A stretch of DNA of 64,000 nt from Chitinophagales bacterium (GCA_046329775.1 JAXLTX010000002.1:449567-513566), one strand, 5' to 3'. Positions 1 through 9,717 are shown, numbered from the stretch's first letter. Made by a program: numbers and translations. Notes: generated from the sequence alone by a model not told the origin.

Positions 1-330
1 TTTTATTTTCAACACATGTGTTTCTTCAAGCGTTTCATAACTGCTGTAATTCGGTTGTCCTGTCAGAATGGAATATGTGGCGGCAAACATCATATTCTCC
101 TGTATGAACCAATTGGTGATTTCTTTTTCCTCTTTTACGTAGTAGATCCGCACCAACCCTTTGCAAATGAAATAAACCGTATCGGATGACTGTCCGGCTT
201 CCAGCAACAATTCCTTCTTAGGCAATACCTCATAACTGAATTGCTGTATGAGTTCATCCAATTCGCTTTGCACGGTATCAGCCGATAGTTTCATAAAATA
301 CAACTTCAGCTGTTGACGATAATGATCCAT
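1..330 (-). CDS. Crp/Fnr-family transcriptional regulator, N-terminal cyclic-nucleotide-binding part (3' end lies beyond the left window edge)
   Basis: My own translation of the reverse strand from ATG (330..328) stays open to position 1: MDHYRQQLKLYFMKLS...TVYFICKGLVRIYYVKEEKEITNWF.... It shares the GLVRIYY..E.KEIT beta-roll segment with the neighbouring Crp-like gene. It is absent from the ORF track, probably because of edge truncation. Confidence 0.6.
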   Translation of the reverse strand, partial: MDHYRQQLKLYFMKLSADTVQSELDELIQQFSYEVLPKKELLLEAGQSSDTVYFICKGLVRIYYVKEEKEITNWFIQENMMFAATYSILTGQPNYSSYETLEETHVLKIK

Positions 331-350
331 GTTCACTTCAAAGGTCTTTT

Positions 351-971
351 TCATGATTTTGCTGTTTGCTGTTTTGCCCGTAATCTACTCAGTGTTTCCG
401 GTGTTATTCCAAGATAGGTAGCAACATATCGTAGTGGCAGTCTGTTTAGAATTGCGGCTCGTTCCCTTACAAAAACATCATACCTTTCATCTGCGGACAG
501 GAACAGCTTATTGTAATTCGCTTTCATGTAGGTTGTATAGTATTTCTCGACGATTTTACGTCCAAGGTGTTCAATTGCATGATATTTTGCCATTAGCTGT
601 TCTATCTTCTCATTTTCCGCCACGAGACAAATTGTATCTTCAATTGCGACATGATAATCTATGTTCGGCAATCCTGTAAAATGCGTATATCCGTTGGTAA
701 AGAACGTATGCTCTTCCTTAAAATCTGATGTTATTTCCTTTCCTTCGGCCTCATAATAGATACGCACTAGACCGCTGATGATAAAATATAACTTTCCGTC
801 TTTGGTAGCAGGAGGAATAATGACTGATTTCTTGGGGTAGGCGGCGACAGAAAACAATCCCATGAATTCATCCATCTGTACCTCCGGTATTACAGTAAAA
901 TGCTGAAATATTTCGCGTAGCGTTTTCAGCGCCGCTTCAATATCCGTTCTGAATTTTACATTAGTGGTCAT
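351..971 (-). CDS. Crp/Fnr-family transcriptional regulator (cNMP-binding domain plus C-terminal HTH)
   Basis: ORF 351..1010. The beta-roll region is LYFIISGLVRIYYEAEGKEITSDF and the C-terminal HTH is LPLRYVATYLGITPETLSRLR. The likely start is the ATG at 971 (MTTNVKF...); the upstream extension looks spurious. Confidence 0.8.
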   Translation of the reverse strand: MTTNVKFRTDIEAALKTLREIFQHFTVIPEVQMDEFMGLFSVAAYPKKSVIIPPATKDGKLYFIISGLVRIYYEAEGKEITSDFKEEHTFFTNGYTHFTGLPNIDYHVAIEDTICLVAENEKIEQLMAKYHAIEHLGRKIVEKYYTTYMKANYNKLFLSADERYDVFVRERAAILNRLPLRYVATYLGITPETLSRLRAKQQTAKS

Positions 972-1235
972 AAACATGCACAATTTAAAATATCTCTTGA
1001 CATAAATCAAATTTAAGGGCTACTTTTTTTTCATCAAAGAGCCTAAAAATTCAATTTAGAATAAATATAAATTACACCTAAATATGGTAAAATCAAAGAT
1101 TTACAATAAACAAACAAGATATAGGGACGTATTGTTTAACGAGAAAAACAACAACCTATAGATTCATAAAACAAAACAATAGGAAATCGAGAAATACCTA
1201 TAAAATTAAAAATACAATATACGATAAAATAAAAA

Positions 1236-2654
1236 TTATATTTCCTGATGAATATCAAATCTTTCAAGATAATCGGATACTTTCTTCACAAACATCCCTC
1301 CCAATTGACCGTCCACCACACGATGGTCATAGGTATGAGAAAGGTACATCATGTGTCGGATGGCAATCACATCCTGACCATCTACTTCTATCACCACCGG
1401 TTTTTTGGTGATGGAGCCAATCGCCATAATGGCAACCTGAGGTTGATTGATGATGGGTGTTCCTATGATATTGCCAAATGTTCCGATATTGGAGATTGTA
1501 TAGGTTCCATCCATTACATCATCCGGCTGTAGTGAATTGGTACGGGCTTTCACCACAATGGCATTCATTGCCTTTGCAATCCCCAGAAGGCTTTTCTGGT
1601 CGGCATTTTTCACTACCGGCACAATCAGGTTTCCGTTTGGCAATGCCGTTGCAATTCCCACATTGATATCTTTCTTTTTAAGGATCCTGTCGCCGTCAAC
1701 ACTCACGTTGATCATTGGAAAATCCTTGATGGCTTTGGTGATGGCTTCGACAAATACAGGCATAAAGGACAAGCCGAATCCTTCCCTTTTCTGGAAAGCA
1801 TTCTTATTCTTTTCTCTCCAGCGAACAATATTGGTTACATCACATTCCACAAAGGAGGAAACATGCGCTGCTGTTTTTCGGGAATTGGTCATGTGTTGCG
1901 AAATCAGTTTTCGCATTCTGTCCATTTCTATAATCTCTACGTTGCTGTCGGATTTCTGAACATCATTGATGACAGGTTTTTCTTCCGATTTTTTTTCCTG
2001 CACGGATTCTTTCGCCGGCGACGTTACGGCTGGAGCTTGCGGCTTCAGCAATCCGCTTTTCTTGGCCTCCAGATATGCCAGAATATCTTCTTTGGTAACG
2101 CGATTATCCGCCCCGGTTCCCTGTATGGCTTCAAGTTCCTGCATGGAAATATTTTCCACCTGCGCTATGTTCAGTACCAAAGGAGAATAATATTTGTTAG
2201 TGCCGGAAGAAGGTGTATAGATTGGCTGAGTCTGTTCTTTTGCAACTTGTATGGTTTGTTGCACCTGTTGTACCTTTTCTTCCTGTACAGCAGCTGTAGC
2301 TTTTGATTCCTTCGCTTCATCTGAAACTGTAATCTTATCCTCAACCGCTGCTTGAGGTACGGTCTTTTCCTCTTCATTTCTCTTCTCCGGAATATATTGT
2401 GCCGGAGCATCACCCTCTACTTCAATAATGGCTAAAGGTTCGCCGACGCCGACAGCCACATTCGCCTCGTGCAATAGCTGTTTGATAACGCCGCTTACCG
2501 GGCTGGGTACTTCCGAATCCACCTTATCCGTTGCCACTTCCAACACCACATCATGTTCATTCACCTTATCTCCGACATTCTTATGCCAGGTCAATATTGT
2601 CGCCTCGATTACACTTTCGCCCATCTTAGGCATCAGCAATTTAAATTCTGCCAT
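1236..2654 (-). CDS. 2-oxoacid dehydrogenase complex E2 component (dihydrolipoamide acyltransferase)
   Basis: It has an N-terminal lipoyl domain (MPKMGESVIEATILTWHK...LEVATDKVDSEVPSP), an Ala/Pro/Glu-rich linker, an E3-binding-like segment and a catalytic domain with SHTYDHRVVDGQLGG (DHRxxDG). No E1 or E3 genes are adjacent. Confidence 0.9.
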   Translation of the reverse strand: MAEFKLLMPKMGESVIEATILTWHKNVGDKVNEHDVVLEVATDKVDSEVPSPVSGVIKQLLHEANVAVGVGEPLAIIEVEGDAPAQYIPEKRNEEEKTVPQAAVEDKITVSDEAKESKATAAVQEEKVQQVQQTIQVAKEQTQPIYTPSSGTNKYYSPLVLNIAQVENISMQELEAIQGTGADNRVTKEDILAYLEAKKSGLLKPQAPAVTSPAKESVQEKKSEEKPVINDVQKSDSNVEIIEMDRMRKLISQHMTNSRKTAAHVSSFVECDVTNIVRWREKNKNAFQKREGFGLSFMPVFVEAITKAIKDFPMINVSVDGDRILKKKDINVGIATALPNGNLIVPVVKNADQKSLLGIAKAMNAIVVKARTNSLQPDDVMDGTYTISNIGTFGNIIGTPIINQPQVAIMAIGSITKKPVVIEVDGQDVIAIRHMMYLSHTYDHRVVDGQLGGMFVKKVSDYLERFDIHQEI

Positions 2655-2682
2655 CCTTTCTGTTTAAGTTCGTGTGAAATTA

Positions 2683-3930
2683 CTATTTTAATTGATTCAA
2701 TAAAAATTTTCTGAGCATCACCAGTGCCAATACGGCGGAAAGTTGAATATTCCTGTCTCGATGAACGGTAAAGGACATCATCTTAATCACCTTTTTATCC
2801 TTGGTGCCTATTCCTATAAACACGGTACCAACCGGTTTTTCCGGTGTAGCACCAGCAGGGCCTGCCACTCCGGAAATGGCAATGGCAATATCTGTCCTGA
2901 GCTGAGTCAGGGCGCCGTCCAGCATCTCGGAAACGGTCTGCTCGCTTACAGCTCCGAACTGTTGCAAGGTTTCAGGTTTTACGCCTAAAAGCTCCTGTTT
3001 CACTTCATTGGCATAGGATATGATACTGCCTTTAAAATAGGCTGAACTTCCCGCAACGGATGTAATGAGATGCGCCAGGTAACCGCCGGTGCAACTTTCA
3101 GCCGTTCCGATGCTCAGGTTTTGTTCCAGTAACATATTCCCTACGGTTTGCTCCAGCAATTCCTCCTCATAACCATAAATATGCTCTCCAATGTTGGCCA
3201 CCACTTCCCTCCGCGCTTCGTCCAGAATGGCTTGCAATTCGTCCTTGTCATCTCCTTTGATCGTCAAACGGAGCCGTACCTTACCAACATTTGGGAGATA
3301 GGCAAGCTTTATCCTCGGATCCTTATGTTGTTCAAAATCAACCAAAGAATCTGCCAGCTGCGTTTCACCAACACCTGCCGTAAGAATGTTGCTATGCAGG
3401 ATAAATGGAAGCTGATACTGTTCTTTCAGATAAGGGACAACACCTTCTATTATCATTCCTTTCATTTCATAAGGAACGCCGGGCATTGAAACGACGGTTT
3501 TACCATCTTTGGTAAAAATCATACCAGCTGCGGTTCCGTTACTGTTGGGTATTACCTTACAGACATCCGGCAAGTATGCCACCCTTCTGGAGGCCTCATT
3601 GATCAATCTTTTTCTCGAAGCGAAAATGCGCTCAATATTCCGAAAGGCCTCCTCATTGAATACCAGTTTACCGCCAAAATATTCGCACAATACTTCCTTG
3701 GTGATATCATCCGAAGTTGGCCCGAGACCTCCGGTAATCAAGATGACCTGAGATGCTGCCAGCGCATCGTTTAAACAATTGATTATATCCGATTTTTCAT
3801 CACTCAGGGAAACATGATGAATAACATCAATACCTATTTCATTCATTTTTTGAGACATCCAGTACGCATTGGTATTCAAGGTCTGTCCAATCAATAATTC
3901 ATCTCCTATGCTTAAAATGGTGCACTTCAT
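2683..3930 (-). CDS. cinA: CinA-family protein (MoCF-type domain plus nicotinamide-nucleotide amidohydrolase PncC-like domain)
   Basis: N-terminus ILSIGDELLIGQTLNTNAYW...ITGGLGPTSDDITKE. C-terminal domain TAESCTGGYLAHLITSVAGSSAYF...AISGVAGP. The 415-aa length is typical of CinA. Confidence 0.85.
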   Translation of the reverse strand: MKCTILSIGDELLIGQTLNTNAYWMSQKMNEIGIDVIHHVSLSDEKSDIINCLNDALAASQVILITGGLGPTSDDITKEVLCEYFGGKLVFNEEAFRNIERIFASRKRLINEASRRVAYLPDVCKVIPNSNGTAAGMIFTKDGKTVVSMPGVPYEMKGMIIEGVVPYLKEQYQLPFILHSNILTAGVGETQLADSLVDFEQHKDPRIKLAYLPNVGKVRLRLTIKGDDKDELQAILDEARREVVANIGEHIYGYEEELLEQTVGNMLLEQNLSIGTAESCTGGYLAHLITSVAGSSAYFKGSIISYANEVKQELLGVKPETLQQFGAVSEQTVSEMLDGALTQLRTDIAIAISGVAGPAGATPEKPVGTVFIGIGTKDKKVIKMMSFTVHRDRNIQLSAVLALVMLRKFLLNQLK

Positions 3931-3992
3931 ATTTGGTATTTATTTTGCAATTTAATTATTATCTTGACAAAATATTTCACATAAAGTTTTAA

Positions 3993-4727
3993 ATGTATTC
4001 TATGAAAAAGTTATTGGGTATTTTTTTAGTGTCCGCCTTATTGTTCGGATGTACGGCGCAACAGATTCAGGAAACGGTAGGAGCGGTTTTAGGAACGACC
4101 TATGGTGATCCTAGTGAACAGGAAGCAGGGCAAGGTTTGAAAGATGCGTTGAGCATCGGTATCACCAAGGGAATGGGAATCCTGTCGCAAACGGATGGGT
4201 TTCTGGGAAACGATCTGGTCCGCATTCCATGGCCTGAGCAGGCTACACAGGTAAAAGACGTCATGCTGAAACTCGGCATGCAGAAACAGGTGGACAATGT
4301 TACCACTTCTCTGAACCGGGCGGCAGAAAAAGCTTCCGGAGTGGCCATCGACGTATTTGTGCAAGCCATCAAGCAAATGACCGTAACGGATGCCATTCAA
4401 ATCATCACAGGCGGTAATGGCGCCGGAACAGCCTACCTGAAAAGAACCACCACCCCCATCCTTACAGAGAAATTCAGACCGATAGTTGACCAGTCTTTAG
4501 GACAGGTGAATGCCACGAAATACTGGACTGATGCAACCACCATTTACAACAAAATCCCCCTGGTAAAACCGGTAAATACTGACCTCACGGGTTTTGTTAC
4601 AGAAAAAGCGCTGGATGGTGTTTTTAAAATGGTGGAGAAAGAAGAAAATAACATCAGAGCAAATCCGCTGGCCCGTACCACTGAATTATTGAAAAAAGTA
4701 TTCAGTTTTGCTGACAGAAAGAAATAA
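3993..4727 (+). CDS. DUF4197-like lipoprotein
   Basis: Signal peptide with lipobox (LLFGC). The body GLKDALSIGITKG...TDGFLGNDLVRIPWP...LNRAAEKA matches my memory of the DUF4197 family. The start may be the ATG at 4002. Confidence 0.6.
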   Translation: MYSMKKLLGIFLVSALLFGCTAQQIQETVGAVLGTTYGDPSEQEAGQGLKDALSIGITKGMGILSQTDGFLGNDLVRIPWPEQATQVKDVMLKLGMQKQVDNVTTSLNRAAEKASGVAIDVFVQAIKQMTVTDAIQIITGGNGAGTAYLKRTTTPILTEKFRPIVDQSLGQVNATKYWTDATTIYNKIPLVKPVNTDLTGFVTEKALDGVFKMVEKEENNIRANPLARTTELLKKVFSFADRKK

Positions 4728-4737
4728 AGACGAAACC

Positions 4738-5877
4738 ATGTCAAGAAAACCTCAACAAGGCCCTTTAATGGGCATACGCATACTAGATCTGAGCAGATTA
4801 TTACCGGGGCCATTGGCCACACAGATGCTGGCGGATCTCGGCGCTGAAGTCATCAAGATTGAAGACCCGAAAGCACCGGACTACAATCGCTTCTTTCCTC
4901 CTATGAAAGGTTCACAATCGCTGAATTATATCAGCATCAACAGAAGCAAACTTTCTGTTACGTTGGATTTGAAGTCAGAAGACGGGAAGCGGAAATTCTT
5001 TGAGCTTGTAAAAACAGCTGATATCGTGGTGGATTCCTTTCGTCCGGGTGTATTGCAAAAAATGGGCATTGATTATGCCGCTGCTAAACAGCACAATGAA
5101 AAAATCATCTACGTGGCCGTTACAGGCTATGGATATACCGGTGCATATAAAGACAAAGCCGGACACGACATGAATTATCTGGGATATTCCGGTATCTTAG
5201 GCTTGACGGGAGATAAAGAAAAACCTATTATTCCGGCCTGTCAGATTGCAGATGTAGCTGGCGGCAGTTATCCTGCTGTGGTGGCATGCCTGGCGGCTTT
5301 ATGGGCACGCGAACGTAGCGGCAAGGGGCAATTTGTAGATGTGGCCATGACGGATTGCGTCATGCCATTATTATCCATGCAGTTTGGTGAATTCCTGAAT
5401 ACCGGTGTGAAGCATAGACGGGAAGAACCGATGCTTAGCGGCGGCATGGCCAACTATCATCTGTATAAATGTAAGGATGACAAATGGATTGCATTGGGTT
5501 CGCTGGAACCTAAATTTTGGCAAGGCGTATGTGTAATGCTAGGTAAACCTGATTGGATGCCTCGGATGATGCCGATTCCTGAAGAAGTGGAAAAACTGAA
5601 AAAGGATTTACAGGATATCTTCAGCACCAAAACACGGGATGAATGGGTAGCAATGGCCGCACCGCTGGATGTTTGCCTGACGCCAATTCTGGAACTGGAT
5701 GAAGTGGAAAAAGACATCCACCTGAATGAGCGGGATATGTTTTTTGAAGTGGAACATGCGGATTACGGAAAAGTAAAAGGCATCAATCAACCTTTTAAAT
5801 TTTCTGAAACGCCTGCAAAACCAAGCTGGGGTGCGCCCTTAATGGGGGAAGATAATGAATTGCTGAATAATCTATAA
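4738..5877 (+). CDS. Family III CoA-transferase (CaiB/BaiF / alpha-methylacyl-CoA racemase-like)
   Basis: N-terminal fingerprint GPLMGIRILDLSRLLPGPLATQMLADLGAEVIKIEDP. ORF 4708..5877; the ATG at 4738 avoids overlap with the upstream gene. Confidence 0.85.
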   Translation: MSRKPQQGPLMGIRILDLSRLLPGPLATQMLADLGAEVIKIEDPKAPDYNRFFPPMKGSQSLNYISINRSKLSVTLDLKSEDGKRKFFELVKTADIVVDSFRPGVLQKMGIDYAAAKQHNEKIIYVAVTGYGYTGAYKDKAGHDMNYLGYSGILGLTGDKEKPIIPACQIADVAGGSYPAVVACLAALWARERSGKGQFVDVAMTDCVMPLLSMQFGEFLNTGVKHRREEPMLSGGMANYHLYKCKDDKWIALGSLEPKFWQGVCVMLGKPDWMPRMMPIPEEVEKLKKDLQDIFSTKTRDEWVAMAAPLDVCLTPILELDEVEKDIHLNERDMFFEVEHADYGKVKGINQPFKFSETPAKPSWGAPLMGEDNELLNNL

Positions 5878-5895
5878 ATTCACTAAATTTACTAC

Positions 5896-6249
5896 ATGAA
5901 AAAGTTGATTATACCTCTCCTGATGCTGGCAGCCTTATCCTGCAAGAAAGAAAGTGCTGACGATACGGGACTGGCCTTAGGGGAAACGAATTGGGAACTG
6001 CATTTTAAAAACAACAGCAGTTTTACCTTTTTCGCCGTATCCCAACTTTATTTCAAGGCCAACAGGGATGTAGACAATTACAGAAGTGCAGACAGCGTTT
6101 CCGGCACCTGGAAATCAAAAAGCAACACCGTTACCATCTCATTTGACAACGGTGATGTTTACACAGGAACGGCCATCACACCGGACAGCATTTCAGGAGC
6201 ACTTTCCGCTTCCGGAAACAACGGTATCTGGTATGCATTAAGAAGATAA
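5896..6249 (+). CDS. small lipoprotein, function unknown
   Basis: Signal peptide plus lipobox MKKLIIPLLMLAALSCKKE. It is followed by a strong hairpin terminator. I recognise no catalytic motif. Confidence 0.55.
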   Translation: MKKLIIPLLMLAALSCKKESADDTGLALGETNWELHFKNNSSFTFFAVSQLYFKANRDVDNYRSADSVSGTWKSKSNTVTISFDNGDVYTGTAITPDSISGALSASGNNGIWYALRR

Positions 6250-6270
6250 TTCACGTTTCATGAAATAAAA

Positions 6271-6302
6271 AAACGTACGTAATCATTGTTACGTACGTTT
6301 TC
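6271..6302. terminator. bidirectional intrinsic terminator hairpin between convergent genes
   Basis: aaaacgtacgtaa (6271..6283) pairs with ttacgtacgtttt (6290..6302) around a 6-nt loop. An A-run precedes it and a T-run follows, so it can work on both strands. Confidence 0.65.
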
Positions 6303-6360
6303 GAAAACTGTCGAGGTAATCAATTTTAATTCACTCCGAATTAAAACTCGTATATCTCAT

Positions 6361-6753
6361 TTAGTCTGCCTTTACTAATCTGCGAACAGCACTTCCCTCT
6401 TTGGAGTAGAACTGAACCATATAAGTTCCAGCAGCCAGATCATCCATATTGATATTTAACTCATTCACGCCTTTGTTCAACGTATGTGATTCCTGTTTAG
6501 CCATATTTCCGTCCATGTTAAACACTTTCACCTGTACGGTTAAAGGAACAGCACATTTTACGCTTACCTGAGTATTGTTATGTTGGCTGGCCATCAATTC
6601 GCTGATGGTTATCTTATCATCAGATTTGTACAATGACGCGATATTAGCCGGAACATAAGGTGCATTGTCTGCGAGCAAATCGCTTTGTGCCTTGATTTTG
6701 CCGGAAAAAGCTACCAGCATAGCTACGAAGAGGATTTTGTTTAGGTGTTTCAT
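6361..6753 (-). CDS. small secreted protein consisting essentially of a signal peptide plus a T9SS type-A C-terminal sorting domain
   Basis: Signal peptide MKHLNKILFVAMLVAFSGKIKAQ. The C-terminal beta-sandwich tail is ...VQVKVFNMDGNMAKQESHTLNKGVNELNINMDDLAAGTYMVQFYSKEGSAVRRLVKAD, typical of T9SS CTDs. Confidence 0.7.
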   Translation of the reverse strand: MKHLNKILFVAMLVAFSGKIKAQSDLLADNAPYVPANIASLYKSDDKITISELMASQHNNTQVSVKCAVPLTVQVKVFNMDGNMAKQESHTLNKGVNELNINMDDLAAGTYMVQFYSKEGSAVRRLVKAD

Positions 6754-7074
6754 GACAAAAGGTTTTAAATGTTAAAACGCTTTGCAACACTTGATAAAAA
6801 GGAAACTACAGGGATGACGCTATAAATAGGTTGGAATTACGAGTTTGAAATAGGGTCATAAAATTAGTTTCTTTAATTATTAAGGGTTTTTAAAGGGTTT
6901 GTGATACAATATTACACAATCCTGTTTTATTTGTCAATAGTTGAATCACATTTTTTTAATAAAAAAGCAAAAACAATGTCACCTCAAACCAAAAAATAAT
7001 CATTTTAAGGTATGTTTGGGAGTATATATCTAAATTTGGAACGCAATTTGACTGACTTCCAGAAACAACCATAT

Positions 7075-8637
7075 ATGCGCATTCATCTGCTTTTATCTCT
7101 TTGTCTAGCCCTTGTCATGTATCATGGTAAATCTGCCGATAACTATAAAAATACAGACTGGAATCACATCGGTAGCGAGTCCGGCGCTTACATAAACGGC
7201 AAGCAGCTGAACCTTATGGATTTTGGCTGCAAAGCGGACAATGCTACAGATAACTCAACAGCCTTACAAAACGCAATCAAATCTTTAAATGGGAGTTCAG
7301 GTGTAATTGAGATTCCTGCGGGAAACTATGTATTTAAGAAATCCATCTCCATACCATCCAATATCCTGATTAAAGGACAAGGAAGTGATAAAACGATCTT
7401 AAATTTCAACCTGAACGGAAGCGGTGACATATTTTCCATACAGGGAAATGTAAGCAACGTCTCCTCTCCCGTCTTGTCGGGCACTACGAAAGGCAGCAGC
7501 ACGGTGAAAGTGAGCAATACTGCCGGCTTTGCAGCTGGTGATTATGTTTTGGTGAAACAGACCGCAAATAGTTTATTAGCATCCAGCTGGGCCTACAGTT
7601 CATTTTTTCAGATAGTGAAAATCAGCAAGATAAAAGGAAATGAAATTTCTTTCTCCAACTCCTTACATTTAGATTTTCCTGCATCCAACAATCCTGTAAT
7701 ACAAAAAATAAATCCCGTTCAGCAGGTGGGTATCGAATCCTTGAAAATAAAACGCAATGACGCCAGTTCCGGACAAACCTCCAATATCTTTTTCAACTAC
7801 GCCGTCAACTGTTGGGTAAAAGGTGTAGAACTGGAAAACTGTAATTACGCGCACATCACTTTGCAAAGCTCAGCAAACACCACCATTTCCGGCAACTATC
7901 TGCATGACGCTTTTGAGTACGGCAGCGGAGGAAAGGGTTATGGTGTAGTTTTGCAATTCGGCGCAAGCGACAATTTCATTTTTGACAATATTGCCAAACA
8001 TCTTCGTCATTCTTTTTTGTTGCAGGCTGCCGCGAATGGAAACGTGATAGCCTACAATTATTCTTATGATCCTTACTGGACGGAAGGCTGGTTCCCCGCA
8101 GCCTCTGCAGGCGATGTGGTCTTGCATGGAAACTATCCGTATGCCAATCTGTTTGAAGGCAACATCTTTCAAAACCTGGTGATTGACAATTCACATGGCA
8201 TCAACGGCCCAGACAATACTTTTTTCAGAAACAGAATTGAAAGCTATGGCATTGTAATGAATGGGAACAGCGGTGACAACATGCATTTTATTGCCAATGA
8301 AATAACAGGCTCAGGTTTACTGAAAGGATTGTACAATATCGAAGGAGGCAATCATTCGGAAATTGCCAACAACATTAAAGGAAGTTTGCAGTCCGGCAAC
8401 ATTACGGAATCATCATTAATCAATAAAAATTACACTTCTAAAATTGGTTCGCCAAACGCCGTTGGGGCATGGAAAAATGAAGCGTGTATACGAAATGGGA
8501 AAGCGGTAAAAACAATTGTAAGCAATACTACGAAATCTGCTTCAGAAACTGTATCAACAACAGAAACAACACCTGTAAAAACTAAAACACCAAAGAAACC
8601 CAAAAAGAAATGCTGTGTAAAGAAAAAGAAGAAGTAA
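7075..8637 (+). CDS. secreted right-handed parallel beta-helix protein (pectate-lyase-superfamily / glycosidase-like) with a polybasic C-terminal tail
   Basis: ORF 7012..8637; the signal peptide begins at the ATG at 7075 (MRIHLLLSLCLALVMYHG). The N-terminal cap DFGCKADNATDNSTALQNAIKSL..GVIEIPAGNYVF is typical of the pectate_lyase_3-type fold, followed by repeated N/G-rich beta-helix turns. The protein ends TPKKPKKKCCVKKKKK. Confidence 0.7.
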   Translation: MRIHLLLSLCLALVMYHGKSADNYKNTDWNHIGSESGAYINGKQLNLMDFGCKADNATDNSTALQNAIKSLNGSSGVIEIPAGNYVFKKSISIPSNILIKGQGSDKTILNFNLNGSGDIFSIQGNVSNVSSPVLSGTTKGSSTVKVSNTAGFAAGDYVLVKQTANSLLASSWAYSSFFQIVKISKIKGNEISFSNSLHLDFPASNNPVIQKINPVQQVGIESLKIKRNDASSGQTSNIFFNYAVNCWVKGVELENCNYAHITLQSSANTTISGNYLHDAFEYGSGGKGYGVVLQFGASDNFIFDNIAKHLRHSFLLQAAANGNVIAYNYSYDPYWTEGWFPAASAGDVVLHGNYPYANLFEGNIFQNLVIDNSHGINGPDNTFFRNRIESYGIVMNGNSGDNMHFIANEITGSGLLKGLYNIEGGNHSEIANNIKGSLQSGNITESSLINKNYTSKIGSPNAVGAWKNEACIRNGKAVKTIVSNTTKSASETVSTTETTPVKTKTPKKPKKKCCVKKKKK

Positions 8638-9717
8638 TTACAACCTACTGCTTCTGTTTCGCAATAAATGATCGGCAATCACTAAGGCTGCCATGGCTTC
8701 CACTATTGGAACGGCACGTGGCAATACGCAAGGGTCATGTCGCCCGCGGCCGGTGACAGCCACTTCATTTCCATCCTTATCCACCGAATCTTGCGCCTGC
8801 ATAATCGTGGCCACGGATTTAAAAGCAACATTAAAATAAATATCCATTCCGTTGCTGATACCGCCCTGCACACCGCCGGAATGATTTGTTTTCGTTTTTA
8901 TAACTCCATGGTCATTGTAAAAGGCATCATTCTGCTCACTGCCGCGCAATTCCGTTCCTGCAAAACCGCTGCCGTATTCAAAGCCTTTGGCCGCATTGAT
9001 GCTCAGCATCGCTCTCCCTAAATCTGCGTGCAGCTTATCGAATACGGGTTCGCCCAATCCTGCCGGAACGCCTGTAATCACACAGCTTACCAAGCCGCCG
9101 ATGGTATCACCATCCTTTTTCACTTCTTTAATCAGCTCAATCATTTTATCCGCTGTTTCCGCATCCGGACAACGTACGATATTGGCTTCCGTTTTGGATA
9201 AATCCAGTTCGGTGTATTCTTTTCCGATTTCAATCTTTCCTACTTTGGAAACATAGGCCTGCACTTTAATGCCGAAATGAGCCAGTAGTTGTTTAGCAAT
9301 AGCTGCAGCAGCTACACGTGCAGCGGTTTCTCTGGCCGAACTTCTGCCACCGCCACGATAGTCGCGGGAACCGTATTTTACATCGTAGGTAAAATCAGCA
9401 TGCGAGGGACGGAATCTATCTTTGATATGTTCGTAGTCTTTTGATTTCTGGTCTTCATTACGGATAATAATGCCAATCGGCGTGCCTTGTGTAACGCCTT
9501 CAAAAATACCTGACAAAATTTCAAATTCATCCGCTTCTTTGCGCTGTGTGACGATGTTGGATTGCCCGGGTTTTCTGCGGTCCAATTCTGCCTGAATAAA
9601 AGCCGTATCAATTTTTAATCCTGCCGGACAACCGTCAATGATAACACCTAATGCCACGCCGTGACTTTCACCAAAGGTGCTGATGCGAAAAATTTCTCCG
9701 AATGAATTGCCTGCCAT
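8638..9717 (-). CDS. aroC: chorismate synthase
   Basis: [34 protein letters not shown]...[14 protein letters not shown]...[19 protein letters not shown] 8638..9744; the conserved N-terminus starts at the ATG at 9717. Confidence 0.95.
   Translation of the reverse strand: MAGNSFGEIFRISTFGESHGVALGVIIDGCPAGLKIDTAFIQAELDRRKPGQSNIVTQRKEADEFEILSGIFEGVTQGTPIGIIIRNEDQKSKDYEHIKDRFRPSHADFTYDVKYGSRDYRGGGRSSARETAARVAAAAIAKQLLAHFGIKVQAYVSKVGKIEIGKEYTELDLSKTEANIVRCPDAETADKMIELIKEVKKDGDTIGGLVSCVITGVPAGLGEPVFDKLHADLGRAMLSINAAKGFEYGSGFAGTELRGSEQNDAFYNDHGVIKTKTNHSGGVQGGISNGMDIYFNVAFKSVATIMQAQDSVDKDGNEVAVTGRGRHDPCVLPRAVPIVEAMAALVIADHLLRNRSSRL

Noticed and set aside
1248-2667. Several 60-150 aa plus-strand ORFs inside the E2 acyltransferase gene. 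Comparable antisense ORFs lie inside dcp (20377..20841), the GMC oxidoreductase, dnaB and the ABC operon.
   Set aside because: All are antisense or out of frame relative to genes with strong motifs. None has a signal or any domain features.
6880-6960. TGTGA…TCACA-like half-sites and an aagggttt direct repeat upstream of the beta-helix gene, considered as a Crp-type binding site given the Crp paralogs in the window.
   Set aside because: The palindrome is imperfect with non-canonical spacing. The binding specificity of these Bacteroidota Crp/Fnr paralogs is unknown, so the evidence is too weak to call.
8566-8637. The polybasic CC tail read as a eukaryote-like prenylation signal (CAAX, CC or CXC).
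   Set aside because: The cysteines are 7-8 residues from the C-terminus and are followed by VKKKKK, so no canonical terminal prenylation motif exists. The observation is kept only as an unusual basic tail.
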